From Ancylobacter sp. (GTDB lineage: Bacteria; Pseudomonadota; Alphaproteobacteria; Rhizobiales; Xanthobacteraceae): a stretch of 64,000 nucleotides of DNA. The stretch lies in contig NZ_CBDFNE010000004.1 in assembly GCF_965249975.1 (NCBI RefSeq), positions 653,559 to 717,558 of the forward strand. The letters run 5' to 3'. Position numbers and translations under genes: made by a program. Each line of letters opens with the position of its first letter. Position 1 is the first letter of the stretch. Shown one piece after another: positions 8,769-18,223 of the stretch. The notes beneath the pieces were generated by a model that was not told the DNA's origin, ran no database searches, and was given only the letters and a program-made list of their open reading frames with translations.

Positions 8769-10286
8769 TTACCAGGAGCGCAGCGCCCGCAGGGTCGGGG
8801 TCTTCTTGTCGAGATGGTCGGCCATGCGTCCGAGCAGCCGGTCGAGCAGCTGGACCGCTTCCACCACCGCTGGGCCCTTGTTGAGCATCACGCATTCGGC
8901 GCGGGCGGCCATGGCGGCATCGGTCATTTCACCGCGTGACGGAATGCCGTTGCGCACCAGATCCTCCAGCACCTGCGTCGCCCAGATCGAGGGAACGGCC
9001 GCGGCCTCGCAGATCCACAGCAGTTCCTCCTGCATTTCGGCGAGCCGCTCGAAGCCGATTTCGGCGGCGAGGTCGCCGCGCGCGATCATCACGCTGAAAT
9101 GGCCGAAGCGGGCGGCGCGAGCGATCAGATCGGGCAGGTTGCGCACCGCCTCCGGGCGCTCGATCTTGGCCATCAGGCCGAGCGGGCGCTCGCGCCCCGC
9201 GCCGTGGCGGGCGATGGCGGCGTCGAGTAGGTCGAGATCTTCCGGCCGGCTGACGAAGGAATAGCCGATGAGATCGGCGCATTCGATGACGGTGGCGAGA
9301 TCGGCATCGTCCTTGTCGGTGAGCGGCGAGAGGCCGAGCGCGGTGTCGGGCAGGTTGATGCCCTTCTCCGGCTTGAGCTTGGTGCCGCCGGGACGGGTAT
9401 GAAGAATGCGCAGGATCGCCTCGTCCTCGCGCATGCTCTCGACCACCGCTTCCACCTTGCCGTCGTCGTAGCGCACGCGGTGGCCGACCGCGAGGCGGGT
9501 GACGATCTCGGGCAACGAGACGGCGGCGCTGAACAGCGCGGCCTCGTCCACGCGCGGTTCACCCTCGGCGACCAGGCGCAGCGTGTCGCCCGGCAGAAGT
9601 CTGCCGGAAGGCTTGCCCTTGCGCATCGGCAGCACGGCGCCGGTGCGAATCTTCGGACCGGCAATGTCCATCAGCACGGCGATGGGGCGTCCCACCGCCT
9701 CGCCTGCCACGCGCACATGTTCGGCCATGCGACGCCACGCATCCGGCGCGTCATGGGCGCAGTTGATGCGGGCGACATCCATGCCGGCCCGCGCCAGCGC
9801 GAGGATGAACGCCGGATCGTCCGCCGCCTCAGCGGGCAGGGTGACCATGATGCGGGTGTAGCGCCCCGCCCGCTCCGGGCCGAGGCTCGCCAACGCGGCG
9901 GCGTCGAGCCGGGCTTCGCCGGCGAAGAAGGCGGCTTCGTCCGGCGTGGCGAAGGGGGCCGCGCGGCCGGCCAGCGCCGCGAGGGCCGCCAGCACGGCGT
10001 CGAGCGTCGGCAGCACCCGGCTTTCCAGCCTTCCGAGCGAGGACAGGCCGCGCCGCATCAGCTGCCGCTGCAGCGGGCGCAGTTCATGCCGGCGCAGGGC
10101 GAGATAATAAGCGAGGTTGTCCAGCGCGGCGTCCTCGCGGCCGGCCTCGCGCCGGAACCGCTCGATGAGCGGGGCGGCTTCTTCGATCACCGCCGTCCGT
10201 AGTGAGAGCAGCGTTTCGAACAGAGCGGCGCAGTCATCGGCGGCGCTCTCGCTAATGGCGGGGAGGGGGGCGGTGTCGTGGGTCAT
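8769..10286 (-). CDS. Pyruvate kinase barrel protein, atypical (N-terminal helical extension, no C-terminal domain)
   Basis: RIMVTLP, ARINCAHD, DIAGPKIRTG, KGINLP, AKIE, MIARGDL, ATQVLE, MLNKG. Confidence 0.85.
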   Translation of the reverse strand: MTHDTAPLPAISESAADDCAALFETLLSLRTAVIEEAAPLIERFRREAGREDAALDNLAYYLALRRHELRPLQRQLMRRGLSSLGRLESRVLPTLDAVLAALAALAGRAAPFATPDEAAFFAGEARLDAAALASLGPERAGRYTRIMVTLPAEAADDPAFILALARAGMDVARINCAHDAPDAWRRMAEHVRVAGEAVGRPIAVLMDIAGPKIRTGAVLPMRKGKPSGRLLPGDTLRLVAEGEPRVDEAALFSAAVSLPEIVTRLAVGHRVRYDDGKVEAVVESMREDEAILRILHTRPGGTKLKPEKGINLPDTALGLSPLTDKDDADLATVIECADLIGYSFVSRPEDLDLLDAAIARHGAGRERPLGLMAKIERPEAVRNLPDLIARAARFGHFSVMIARGDLAAEIGFERLAEMQEELLWICEAAAVPSIWATQVLEDLVRNGIPSRGEMTDAAMAARAECVMLNKGPAVVEAVQLLDRLLGRMADHLDKKTPTLRALRSW

Positions 10287-10377
10287 GACCAGGTTCCTCG
10301 CGAGGATGGGCACGCTATAGGATGGGGCTGTTACGAGGCTGTGACCTCCGTAATCGCCCGCAAAGAGCCGTCAAAAC

Positions 10378-10406
10378 TTGACTTGGCGGCGGGCGGCGCT
10401 TACCAA
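10378..10406 (+). promoter_or_regulatory. Candidate sigma70 promoter of ffh
   Basis: TTGACT-N17-TACCAA about 140 nt upstream of the ffh ATG. Confidence 0.45.
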
Positions 10407-10464
10407 GCCGGCATCCTCGCAGAACCCGCGAGCCGATCCGCCGCCCGGTCCCCGAGACCGGAGG

Positions 10465-10520
10465 TCAACGCCCGACAGCGCTTTGCGCCCTCGGGCGCCG
10501 TTTGGCATTGCGCTGTGAGC
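10465..10520 (+). ncRNA. Structured ffh leader (resembles the alphaproteobacterial ffh RNA motif)
   Basis: ACAGCGC(10475)/GCGCTGT(10510) stem enclosing GCGCC-CTCG-GGCGC, directly upstream of ffh; family assignment from memory. Confidence 0.5.
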
Positions 10521-10545
10521 TGGGGGAAAGCACCGGAGCGAACGC

Positions 10546-12087
10546 ATGTTCGATTCATTGACCGACCGCCTTGGCGGCATACTCGACCGGCTGAAACGAC
10601 GCGGCGCCCTCACCGAGGCCGACGTGAACGAGGCCATGCGCGAGGTGCGCCGGGCCCTGATCGAGGCCGACGTGGCGCTCGACGTGGTGCGCTCCTTCAC
10701 CGACAAGGTGAGGACGCGCGCGGTCGGTGCCGAGGTGATCAAGTCGGTCACCCCCGGCCAGATGGTGGTGAAGATCGTCAATGACGAGCTCGTCGCCATG
10801 CTCGGCTCCGACGCCAAGGCGATCGACCTCGATGCCGCGCCGCCGGTGCCGGTGCTGATGGTCGGCCTGCAGGGCTCGGGCAAGACCACCTCCACCGCCA
10901 AGATCGCCAAGCGCCTGACCGAGCGCGGCAACCGCAAGGTGCTGATGGCCTCGCTCGACACACGCCGCCCGGCGGCGATGGAGCAGCTGGCCACGCTCGG
11001 CACCCAGGTCGGTGTCGCTACCCTGCCGATCGTCGCCGGTCAGTCCGCTGTGCAGATCGCCCGCCGCGCCATGGAAGCCGCCCGCCTCGGCGGCTATGAC
11101 GTGGTGATGCTCGATACCGCCGGCCGCGTCACGCTGGACGAGGCGCTGATGGCGGAAGTGGCCGAGGTGAAGGCCGCGACGAAGCCCCACGAAGTGCTGC
11201 TCGTCGCTGACAGCCTCACCGGCCAGGACGCGGTGAACACCGCCAAGGCGTTCGACGCGCGCGTCGGTCTCACCGGCATCGTGCTGACCCGCGCCGATGG
11301 CGACGGGCGCGGCGGCGCCGCCCTTTCCATGCGCGCCGTCACCGGCAAGCCGATCAAGCTGCTCGGCACCGGCGAGAAGATGGACGCGCTGGAGGATTTC
11401 GATCCCCGCCGCGTCGCCGGCCGCATCCTCGGCATGGGCGATGTGGTCTCGCTCGTCGAGAAGGCGGTTGAGAATCTCGACGCCGAGAAGGCGATGGCCG
11501 CCGCCGAGCGCATGCGCAAGGGGCAGTTCGACCTCAACGACCTGCGCATGCAGCTCGACCAGATGGAGAAGCTCGGCGGCCTTGGCGGGCTGATGGGCAT
11601 GCTGCCCGGCGTCGGCAAGATGAAGAACCAGCTCGCCGCCTCCGGCATGAATGACGGCGTGCTGAAGCGGCAGAAGGCGATCATCGATTCGATGACCAAG
11701 AAGGAGCGGCGCAATCCCAAGCTGCTGGACGCCTCCCGCCGCAAGCGCATCGCTGCCGGCTCGGGCACCAAGGTCGAGGACGTCAACCGGCTGATGAAGA
11801 TGCACCGCCAGATGGCGGACATGATGAAGGCGATGGGCGCCCCCGGCGCCAAGCGCGGCCCGATGGCCGGGCTCGCCTCCATGTTCGGCCTCGGCGGTGG
11901 CGGCGGCATGCCAAGCCCCGAGCAATTGAAGCAGATGGCCGAGAAGATGCCGGGCGGCCTGCCCGGCGGCGGTCTGCCGCCGAATTTCCCCGGCAACATG
12001 CCCGGCCTGCCGGGCGGGCTGCCGGGGCTGGGAACCAAGCCGGGCGGGCTTCCGGGCCTGCCGGGCTTCCCGGGGAAGAAGAAGTGA
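10546..12087 (+). CDS. ffh: Signal recognition particle protein Ffh, with a G/P/M-rich tail
   Basis: GLQGSGKTT, DTRRPAA, DTAGR, DGDGRGGAALS, RILGMGDV, RRKRIAAGSG. Confidence 0.98.
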   Translation: MFDSLTDRLGGILDRLKRRGALTEADVNEAMREVRRALIEADVALDVVRSFTDKVRTRAVGAEVIKSVTPGQMVVKIVNDELVAMLGSDAKAIDLDAAPPVPVLMVGLQGSGKTTSTAKIAKRLTERGNRKVLMASLDTRRPAAMEQLATLGTQVGVATLPIVAGQSAVQIARRAMEAARLGGYDVVMLDTAGRVTLDEALMAEVAEVKAATKPHEVLLVADSLTGQDAVNTAKAFDARVGLTGIVLTRADGDGRGGAALSMRAVTGKPIKLLGTGEKMDALEDFDPRRVAGRILGMGDVVSLVEKAVENLDAEKAMAAAERMRKGQFDLNDLRMQLDQMEKLGGLGGLMGMLPGVGKMKNQLAASGMNDGVLKRQKAIIDSMTKKERRNPKLLDASRRKRIAAGSGTKVEDVNRLMKMHRQMADMMKAMGAPGAKRGPMAGLASMFGLGGGGGMPSPEQLKQMAEKMPGGLPGGGLPPNFPGNMPGLPGGLPGLGTKPGGLPGLPGFPGKKK

Positions 12088-12099
12088 TGCCTTGACTAT

Positions 12100-12208
12100 C
12101 CGTCATCCCGGACGGCGCCGCAGGCGGCGATCCGGGATCGTTCTCCGGACTCCTCGGTAAACGATCCCGGATCTCCGTTCGCTACGCTCTCTTCGTCCGG
12201 GATGACGG
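12100..12208. repeat. Palindromic REP/RIME-like element
   Basis: Perfect 15-bp inverted ends CCGTCATCCCGGACG / CGTCCGGGATGACGG; inner 14-bp inverted repeat GATCCGGGATCGTT / AACGATCCCGGATC. Confidence 0.8.
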
Positions 12209-12245
12209 CGAAACTTAAAACGAAGCACCTGAAAGGAAGACCCGC

Positions 12246-12614
12246 ATGTCCCTCAAGATCCGTCTCGCCCGTGGCGGCGCCAAGAAGCGTCCCTATTACC
12301 GCATCGTCGTGGCCGACTCGCGCTCCCCGCGCGATGGCCGCTTCATCGAGAAGATCGGCACCTTCGATCCTCTGAAGCCCAAGGACGCCGCCGACCGCTT
12401 CACGCTCGACACCGAGAAGGCCAAGGCCTGGCTCGCCAAGGGCGCCCAGCCGACCGACCGCGTCGCCCGCTTCCTCGACAGCCTCGAACTGGTGAAGCGT
12501 TCTCCGCGCAACAACCCGAACAAGGCCGTGCCCGGCAAGAAGGCGCAGGAGCGCGCCGCCGAGGCCGCCAAGGCTGCTGAAGCCGCCGCCGCTGCCGCCG
12601 CTTCGGCGGAGTGA
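12246..12614 (+). CDS. rpsP: 30S ribosomal protein S16
   Basis: [35 protein letters not shown]. Confidence 0.98.
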   Translation: MSLKIRLARGGAKKRPYYRIVVADSRSPRDGRFIEKIGTFDPLKPKDAADRFTLDTEKAKAWLAKGAQPTDRVARFLDSLELVKRSPRNNPNKAVPGKKAQERAAEAAKAAEAAAAAAASAE

Positions 12615-12652
12615 GTTTGGGCGGGGCGGCCTTGTGTCGCCCTGCTTGAGCC

Positions 12653-12748
12653 TCCTTCGGGGCCGCTTCGCGGCACCTCAGGATGACGCGGTTCTCGTGC
12701 CGGGAATGACGTCATCCTGAGGTGCGAGCGTGAGCGAGCCTCGAAGGA
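12653..12748. repeat. Second palindromic REP/RIME-like element
   Basis: 16-bp inverted repeat GCACCTCAGGATGACG (12673) / CGTCATCCTGAGGTGC (12710), with an outer imperfect TCCTTCG..GC / GC..CGAAGGA arm. Confidence 0.75.
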
Positions 12749-12770
12749 TGGTCATTTCAGAGCGCACCCC

Positions 12771-13313
12771 ATGCCCCAGGACCGCATTCTCCTCGCCCGT
12801 ATCGGCGCGCCGCATGGTGTGCGCGGCGAGGTGCGGCTGTTCATCTTCGCCGAAGACCCGTCTTCGCTGCAGGACTACGCCCCGCTGACCGACGAGGCCG
12901 GCACGCGCGTGTTCCGCATCAAGACGCTGCGGCCGGCGAAGGAGCATTTCGTCGCCCGGCTGGAGGGCGTCGACACCCGCGAGGCGGCGGAAGCGCTGAC
13001 CAATCAAGGTGTGTTCGTCGCCCGCGACCTCCTTCCCGAGCCGGAGGAGGAAGACGATTTCTATCATGCCGACCTGATCGGCCTCGCCGTCGAGACCGTG
13101 GAAGGCGCGCCCTTCGGCAAGGTATTGGCGGTGCATGATTTCGGCGCCGGCGACATTCTGGAAATCGCGCCGGAAGCCGGTGGCAAGACGCTGATGCTGC
13201 CCTTCACCAAGGCGGTAGTGCCGAAGGTTGACCTCAAGGCGGGCCGGCTTGTCGTCGATCCCGGCGAGTGGGTGCGCGAGGAAGCCCCGCCACCTGAGGC
13301 GGACCAGGGTTAG
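12771..13313 (+). CDS. rimM: Ribosome maturation factor RimM
   Basis: IGAPHGVRGEV, FYHADLIGL, DFGAGDILE, LPFTKAVVP. Confidence 0.95.
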   Translation: MPQDRILLARIGAPHGVRGEVRLFIFAEDPSSLQDYAPLTDEAGTRVFRIKTLRPAKEHFVARLEGVDTREAAEALTNQGVFVARDLLPEPEEEDDFYHADLIGLAVETVEGAPFGKVLAVHDFGAGDILEIAPEAGGKTLMLPFTKAVVPKVDLKAGRLVVDPGEWVREEAPPPEADQG

Positions 13314-13322
13314 GGGCCGCTG

Positions 13323-14024
13323 ATGTGGCGCGCCTCGGTTCTCACCATCTTCCCCGACATGTTTCCCGGCCCGCTCGGCCTGTCGCTGGCCGGCCGCGCT
13401 CTGGCGCAGGGCGGCTGGACGCTGGAGACGGTCGATCCGCGTGAGCACGCCACCGACCGCCACCGCTCGGTGGACGACACGCCCGCCGGCGGCGGGCCGG
13501 GCATGGTGATGCGGGTCGACGTGCTCGCCCGCGCGGTGGACGCCGCCGCGCCGGAGGGCGACACCCGTCCGCGCCTGCTGATGACGCCACGCGGGACGCC
13601 TTTGACGCAGAAGCGTGTGCGCGAACTCAGCGCAGGGGAGGGGGTCGTCATTGTCTGCGGTCGCTTCGAGGGGGTTGATGACCGCCTCGTCGCCGCGCGC
13701 GGGCTGGAAGAAGTATCGGTCGGCGATGTCGTGCTGTCGGGCGGCGAGATCGGCGCGCTGGTGCTGCTCGATGCCTGCGTGCGGCTGCTGCCGGGGGTGA
13801 TGGGGCATCCGGAATCCGGCACGGAGGAGAGTTTTTCCGCCGGCCTGCTGGAATACCCGCAATACACCCGTCCGCAGAGCTTCGAGGGGATGGAGATCCC
13901 CGCCATTCTCACCGGCGGCGACCACGCCAAGGTCGCCCGCTGGCGGCGCGAGCAGGCGGAGGCGGTGACCAGGGAGCGCCGGCCGGACCTTTGGGCGCGT
14001 TATCGCGACACCGGCGGGCGTTGA
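13323..14024 (+). CDS. trmD: tRNA (guanine37-N1)-methyltransferase
   Basis: [45 protein letters not shown]. Confidence 0.97.
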   Translation: MWRASVLTIFPDMFPGPLGLSLAGRALAQGGWTLETVDPREHATDRHRSVDDTPAGGGPGMVMRVDVLARAVDAAAPEGDTRPRLLMTPRGTPLTQKRVRELSAGEGVVIVCGRFEGVDDRLVAARGLEEVSVGDVVLSGGEIGALVLLDACVRLLPGVMGHPESGTEESFSAGLLEYPQYTRPQSFEGMEIPAILTGGDHAKVARWRREQAEAVTRERRPDLWARYRDTGGR

Positions 14025-14043
14025 GCCCGCCGGCGCGTTGCGC

Positions 14044-14487
14044 CTACTCGGTCAGTTCATAAGTGAAGTTCTGATTGCTCTTGGTGTCGACCTCGTCGAA
14101 CTTCACGCTCGTGAAGCCGGCTTCTTCGCAATCGAGCGTGTCCCCGGTCTGGTGGTCGCGGTTGTGCAGCGTGTATTTCTCGGCGGCGATGCAGAAGTGG
14201 CCGCCCTCCTGCTTGCTGGAGCCCGACCAGGTGCCACCCTCTTCGCCCGCCGCGTAGATGTAATAGTAGCGGTTAGCCAGCCGGCCGCGAATCATGACGG
14301 TGCATTCGTCCTGCGCCAGCTTCCACCATCCTTCCGACGTCCAGCCATAGTCGGAATTGTCGTAGCCGATCGACAGATTCACGGTTTCGTTCGCCCTGTT
14401 GCAGATTTTGAAGTCCGCCCGGCCCTCGGACACAAGGCCCAGCAATCCTGCGACACTCATGGCCGACAGGATGAAAAACTGACGCAT
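14044..14487 (-). CDS. DUF1036 family exported protein
   Basis: Signal peptide, ADFKICN, SIGY, WTSEGWW, RYYYIYA, FC..C Cys pattern. Confidence 0.75.
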   Translation of the reverse strand: MRQFFILSAMSVAGLLGLVSEGRADFKICNRANETVNLSIGYDNSDYGWTSEGWWKLAQDECTVMIRGRLANRYYYIYAAGEEGGTWSGSSKQEGGHFCIAAEKYTLHNRDHQTGDTLDCEEAGFTSVKFDEVDTKSNQNFTYELTE

Positions 14488-14667
14488 TTGAGGCTCCCGC
14501 TTCATTAAGCGCGCAGTGGGCACTACCCAAGTAGGGAATGCAATGAAAACTGCATGACAAAACGTCGGCGGTCGCGTATAGGGCGCGCCGTCACTACCAA
14601 CTGACAACAGCAAGATGCGGGCGCCGGGCCTGACGTGCCACGGTCGATCCCGCCTGAGGTGATAGAA

Positions 14668-15087
14668 ATGGTCGATATTATCCGCGAGCTCGACATCGAG
14701 CAGGCTGCCAAGCTGGCCGAAGTGCGCGCCATCCCCGACTTCCAGCCGGGCGATACCGTCATCGTCAATGTGAAGGTGAAGGAAGGCGAGCGCACCCGCG
14801 TGCAGGCCTATGAGGGCGTCGTGATCGCCCGCAATGGCGGCGGCATCAATGAGAGCTTCACTGTCCGCAAGATTTCCTACGGCGAAGGCGTCGAGCGCGT
14901 GTTCCCGCTCTACTCCCCGAACATCGACAGCCTGAAGGTTGTCCGTCGCGGCAAGGTGCGCCGCGCCAAGCTCTATTACCTGCGCGACCGTCGCGGCAAG
15001 TCGGCCCGTATCGCCGAGCGCCAGGACAAGAACGCCGGCAGCCGCAAGAAGGGCCCGGCTACGACCCCGGTCGCCGCGGCCGAGTGA
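14668..15087 (+). CDS. rplS: 50S ribosomal protein L19
   Basis: [49 protein letters not shown]. Confidence 0.98.
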   Translation: MVDIIRELDIEQAAKLAEVRAIPDFQPGDTVIVNVKVKEGERTRVQAYEGVVIARNGGGINESFTVRKISYGEGVERVFPLYSPNIDSLKVVRRGKVRRAKLYYLRDRRGKSARIAERQDKNAGSRKKGPATTPVAAAE

Positions 15088-15126
15088 TTCCGGCTCCGGC
15101 TCGGGCCGGACTGTCAGACGATGTTC

Positions 15127-15149
15127 AGGGCGGCTTCGGCCGCCCTTTT
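15127..15149 (+). terminator. Rho-independent terminator after rplS
   Basis: AGGGCGGC-TTCG-GCCGCCCT followed by TTT. Confidence 0.7.
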
Positions 15150-15173
15150 CATTTGGCCCGTGCCGGGTGCCGT

Positions 15174-15929
15174 TCAGGGCGCGGCCGTGACGGGAAAATC
15201 GAAATAGGTGTCGGGGAAAGGCTCGTTCGCCAGCGTGTAGTGCCACCATTCCTCGGCATAGGGCGTGAAGCCGTGGCGCTGCATCAGCGTCTTGAGCTTC
15301 TCCCGGTTGGCGGTGGCCTCCGCCGTGATGCCGGCGGCGCCGTGATGCGCTTTCACATCGAAACAGTCATAGCCGGTGCCGAAATCGAGTGTCGCGTCAG
15401 CGTAGCGCTGGCCGGCGGGGAGGGCGCAATCCGCCAGCGGGTCGCTGGGCCTCCAAGGTTTGGCTGGCGCCTGCTCCAGCCTCACCAGCGCGAGATCGAC
15501 CGTGCTGCCCCGGCTGTGACCGGACTTCTCTGCGATGTAGCCGCGGGCAAAAAGCTCGCTCTTGGGCACGCGGGGATAGAATTCCGGCTTCATCGTCTCG
15601 TCGGACAGATCCTTCGCCCAGGCGACAAAAGCGGCGACAGCCCGCGCCGGGCGGTAGCAATCATAGACCTTTAAGCCGAGCCCCTCCGGTGCCAGCTCCC
15701 GCGCGGCGGCAGCCAGCGCCTCGGCGGCCGGACGGGTGAGAACGCAGTCCGGCGCCTCATAGCCGGCGATCGGGCGGCCGACGAAATTGTGGCTGCCGGC
15801 ATAGCGCATCTCTTGGCGGATGGTGGGGGCGAGGCTGTGCAGCCGCACGAAGCCCTCGTGGAGATCGCTGCTGCGGGCGGTCGCCGACGCTGCCACAAGC
15901 GCCAGCAGAAGCAGGAAGAGCTTGGGCAT
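15174..15929 (-). CDS. ddpX: D-Ala-D-Ala dipeptidase (peptidase M15D, VanX/DdpX family)
   Basis: KVYDCYRP, SGHSRGSTVDL, DFGTGYD, EEWWHY; signal peptide. Confidence 0.85.
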   Translation of the reverse strand: MPKLFLLLLALVAASATARSSDLHEGFVRLHSLAPTIRQEMRYAGSHNFVGRPIAGYEAPDCVLTRPAAEALAAAARELAPEGLGLKVYDCYRPARAVAAFVAWAKDLSDETMKPEFYPRVPKSELFARGYIAEKSGHSRGSTVDLALVRLEQAPAKPWRPSDPLADCALPAGQRYADATLDFGTGYDCFDVKAHHGAAGITAEATANREKLKTLMQRHGFTPYAEEWWHYTLANEPFPDTYFDFPVTAAP

Positions 15930-16026
15930 CGCATGGACCTCGTTCGCAACGAGGAACGGGATTTGCCACCGCCGCCGGAGCCTGTCCAGAGGATGATGCC
16001 GTTGCGGAAGGGTGTGCCGGCGCGCG

Positions 16027-16272
16027 TCAGCAGTCCTTGATATGGGCGACGCGGGTGTTGGTCTGCTGCTCGACCAGCAGCGTGCCGTCGCCGAGCATGG
16101 CGGCCTGCATGACGGTGGCGAAGTCGGGCTTGCGCAGCGGGCAGGTAATCAATTGCGGGTGCTGGATCTTTGCCACTTCCTGCGGCCGCATTTCCACGCG
16201 ATTGCCGGCTTCCACAGCGGCGAAAGTGGCAAATGTTGCGGCGATCAAAGCGATATCGGACAGGCGCATCAT
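16027..16272 (-). CDS. Small hypothetical exported protein (81 aa)
   Basis: Hydrophobic N-terminus, two Cys, GGGAAGGGGAATG RBS-like context. Confidence 0.55.
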   Translation of the reverse strand: MMRLSDIALIAATFATFAAVEAGNRVEMRPQEVAKIQHPQLITCPLRKPDFATVMQAAMLGDGTLLVEQQTNTRVAHIKDC

Positions 16273-16379
16273 TCCCCTCCCTTCCCCGAATCAGCTTAAC
16301 GCCACGCATGACGCTACGCCACATCGAATATAATCGGCGAGAAATGACGGGGTTTCCGCACTAAGCGCCGTCATTTACT

Positions 16380-16398
16380 TTGGAATACATTATTCCAA
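16380..16398. promoter_or_regulatory. AT-rich inverted repeat, candidate operator
   Basis: TTGGAATA-CAT-TATTCCAA, perfect 8-bp IR in a divergent intergenic region of a GC-rich genome. Confidence 0.5.
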
Positions 16399-16501
16399 TA
16401 TTTCGGTCAGTTGCTTGCGTTCACGCCCTCGTGCAGCGCCATTCCGGGCGGGGAGGGTGGCAGCGATTGTTTGCCGCGCCGAGACTTGCTAGAAGGGTTC
16501 C

Positions 16502-16693
16502 ATGATGGCGCATGGCTTCACTATCACGGCTATTTGTGGCGCGGCGACCTCGCCGGCGCCCGGCGCCGCGCGCCCGGAGGCCCGCCGCCGCCTGCCGACC
16601 ACCATCGGTTTTGCCGCCGTGCCGGACCATGTCCGCCTGCCGGCTCGCTTTTTCGGACGCTTCACCGCCTGCGCGGTCGCCGGGCTTAGCTGA
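16502..16693 (+). CDS. Candidate leader peptide / uORF upstream of leuC (63 aa)
   Basis: ATG lies just downstream of TTGTTT-N17-TAGAAG; C-terminal [17 protein letters not shown]; hairpin between its stop and leuC. Confidence 0.4.
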   Translation: MMAHGFTITAICGAATSPAPGAARPEARRRLPTTIGFAAVPDHVRLPARFFGRFTACAVAGLS

Positions 16694-16779
16694 GCGCCGC
16701 CCGGAGCCGCCTTACGGCTTTGTGCTCCCGGCCGCGCTGCTGCCCGCCCCTGTTTTCCTCTTCGCATGAGACGCCCAGC

Positions 16780-18201
16780 ATGAGCACGTCCGCTCCCCGT
16801 ACCCTGTACGACAAGATTTTCGACGACCACGTCATCGACCGTCAGGAGGACGGCACCTGCCTCCTCTATATCGACCGGCATCTGGTGCATGAGGTCACCA
16901 GCCCGCAGGCCTTCGAGGGGCTGCGCGTGGCCGGCCGCCGCGTGCACGCGCCGTCGAAGACGCTGGCCGTGGTCGATCACAACGTCCCGACCACCGACCG
17001 CCGCTTCGGCATTGCCGATCCCGAGAGCCGCACCCAGGTCGAGACGCTGGCCGAGAACGCCCGCGAATTCGGCGTCGAGTATTTCAACGAGCTCGACAAG
17101 CGCCAGGGCATCGTCCACGTCATCGGCCCAGAGCAGGGCTTCACCCTGCCCGGCACCACCATCGTCTGCGGCGACAGCCACACCTCGACGCATGGTGCGT
17201 TCGGCGCGCTCGCCCATGGCATCGGCACGTCGGAGGTCGAGCATGTGCTCGCCACCCAGACGCTGATCCAGAAGAAGAGCAAGAACATGCGAGTGCTGGT
17301 CGATGGCCGGCTGCCCGACGGCGTGACCGCCAAGGATGTGACGCTCGCCATCATCGGCGCCACCGGCACCGCCGGCGGCACCGGCTATGTCATCGAATAT
17401 GCCGGCGAGGTTTTCCGCAACCTCACCATGGAAGGCCGCATGACGGTCTGCAACATGTCGATCGAGGGCGGCGCCCGCGCCGGCATGGTGGCGCCGGACG
17501 AGACCACCTATGCCTATGTGAAGGACCGCCCGCGCGCGCCGAAGGGCGCCGCCTGGGACGCGGCGCTGCGCTATTGGGACACGCTGCGCACGGATGACGG
17601 CGCCTTCTTCGACAAGGAAATCCGCCTCGACGGCGCTGCCCTGCCGCCCATCGTCTCCTGGGGCACCAGCCCGGAAGACGTGATCTCGGTGGAAGGCACC
17701 GTGCCCGATCCCGAACTGATCCACGACGCCGACAAGCGCGAGGCCAAGAAGCGCGCGCTGGCCTATATGGGCCTCACCGCCGGCACGAAGATCACCGACA
17801 TCGCCATCGACAAGGTGTTCATCGGCTCCTGCACCAATGCCCGCATCGAGGATTTGCGCGCCGCCGCGTCCATCGTACGTGGCCACAAGGTGCGTGAGGG
17901 CGTTTCCGGCATGATCGTGCCGGGTTCGGGGCTGGTGAAGCTGCAGGCCGAGGCCGAGGGGCTCGACGCCATCTTCAAGGCGGCGGGCTTCGACTGGCGC
18001 GAGCCTGGCTGCTCCATGTGCCTCGCCATGAATGCCGACAAGCTCGGTCCGGAGGAGCGCTGCGCCTCCACCTCGAACCGCAATTTCGAGGGCCGGCAGG
18101 GCTACAAGGGCCGCACGCATCTCGTCTCGCCCGCCATGGCGGCGGCGGCGGCGATCGCCGGTCGTTTCGTCGACGTGCGCAGCTGGCCGCGCGCGGGCTG
18201 A
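16780..18201 (+). CDS. leuC: 3-isopropylmalate dehydratase large subunit
   Basis: [57 protein letters not shown]. Confidence 0.98.
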   Translation: MSTSAPRTLYDKIFDDHVIDRQEDGTCLLYIDRHLVHEVTSPQAFEGLRVAGRRVHAPSKTLAVVDHNVPTTDRRFGIADPESRTQVETLAENAREFGVEYFNELDKRQGIVHVIGPEQGFTLPGTTIVCGDSHTSTHGAFGALAHGIGTSEVEHVLATQTLIQKKSKNMRVLVDGRLPDGVTAKDVTLAIIGATGTAGGTGYVIEYAGEVFRNLTMEGRMTVCNMSIEGGARAGMVAPDETTYAYVKDRPRAPKGAAWDAALRYWDTLRTDDGAFFDKEIRLDGAALPPIVSWGTSPEDVISVEGTVPDPELIHDADKREAKKRALAYMGLTAGTKITDIAIDKVFIGSCTNARIEDLRAAASIVRGHKVREGVSGMIVPGSGLVKLQAEAEGLDAIFKAAGFDWREPGCSMCLAMNADKLGPEERCASTSNRNFEGRQGYKGRTHLVSPAMAAAAAIAGRFVDVRSWPRAG

Positions 18202-18223
18202 ACGCACGGGGGAGGGCGCCGCG

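Noticed and set aside
11940-12070. GGLPG repeats at the Ffh C-terminus
   Set aside because: Low-complexity G/P/M tails are common in alphaproteobacterial Ffh.
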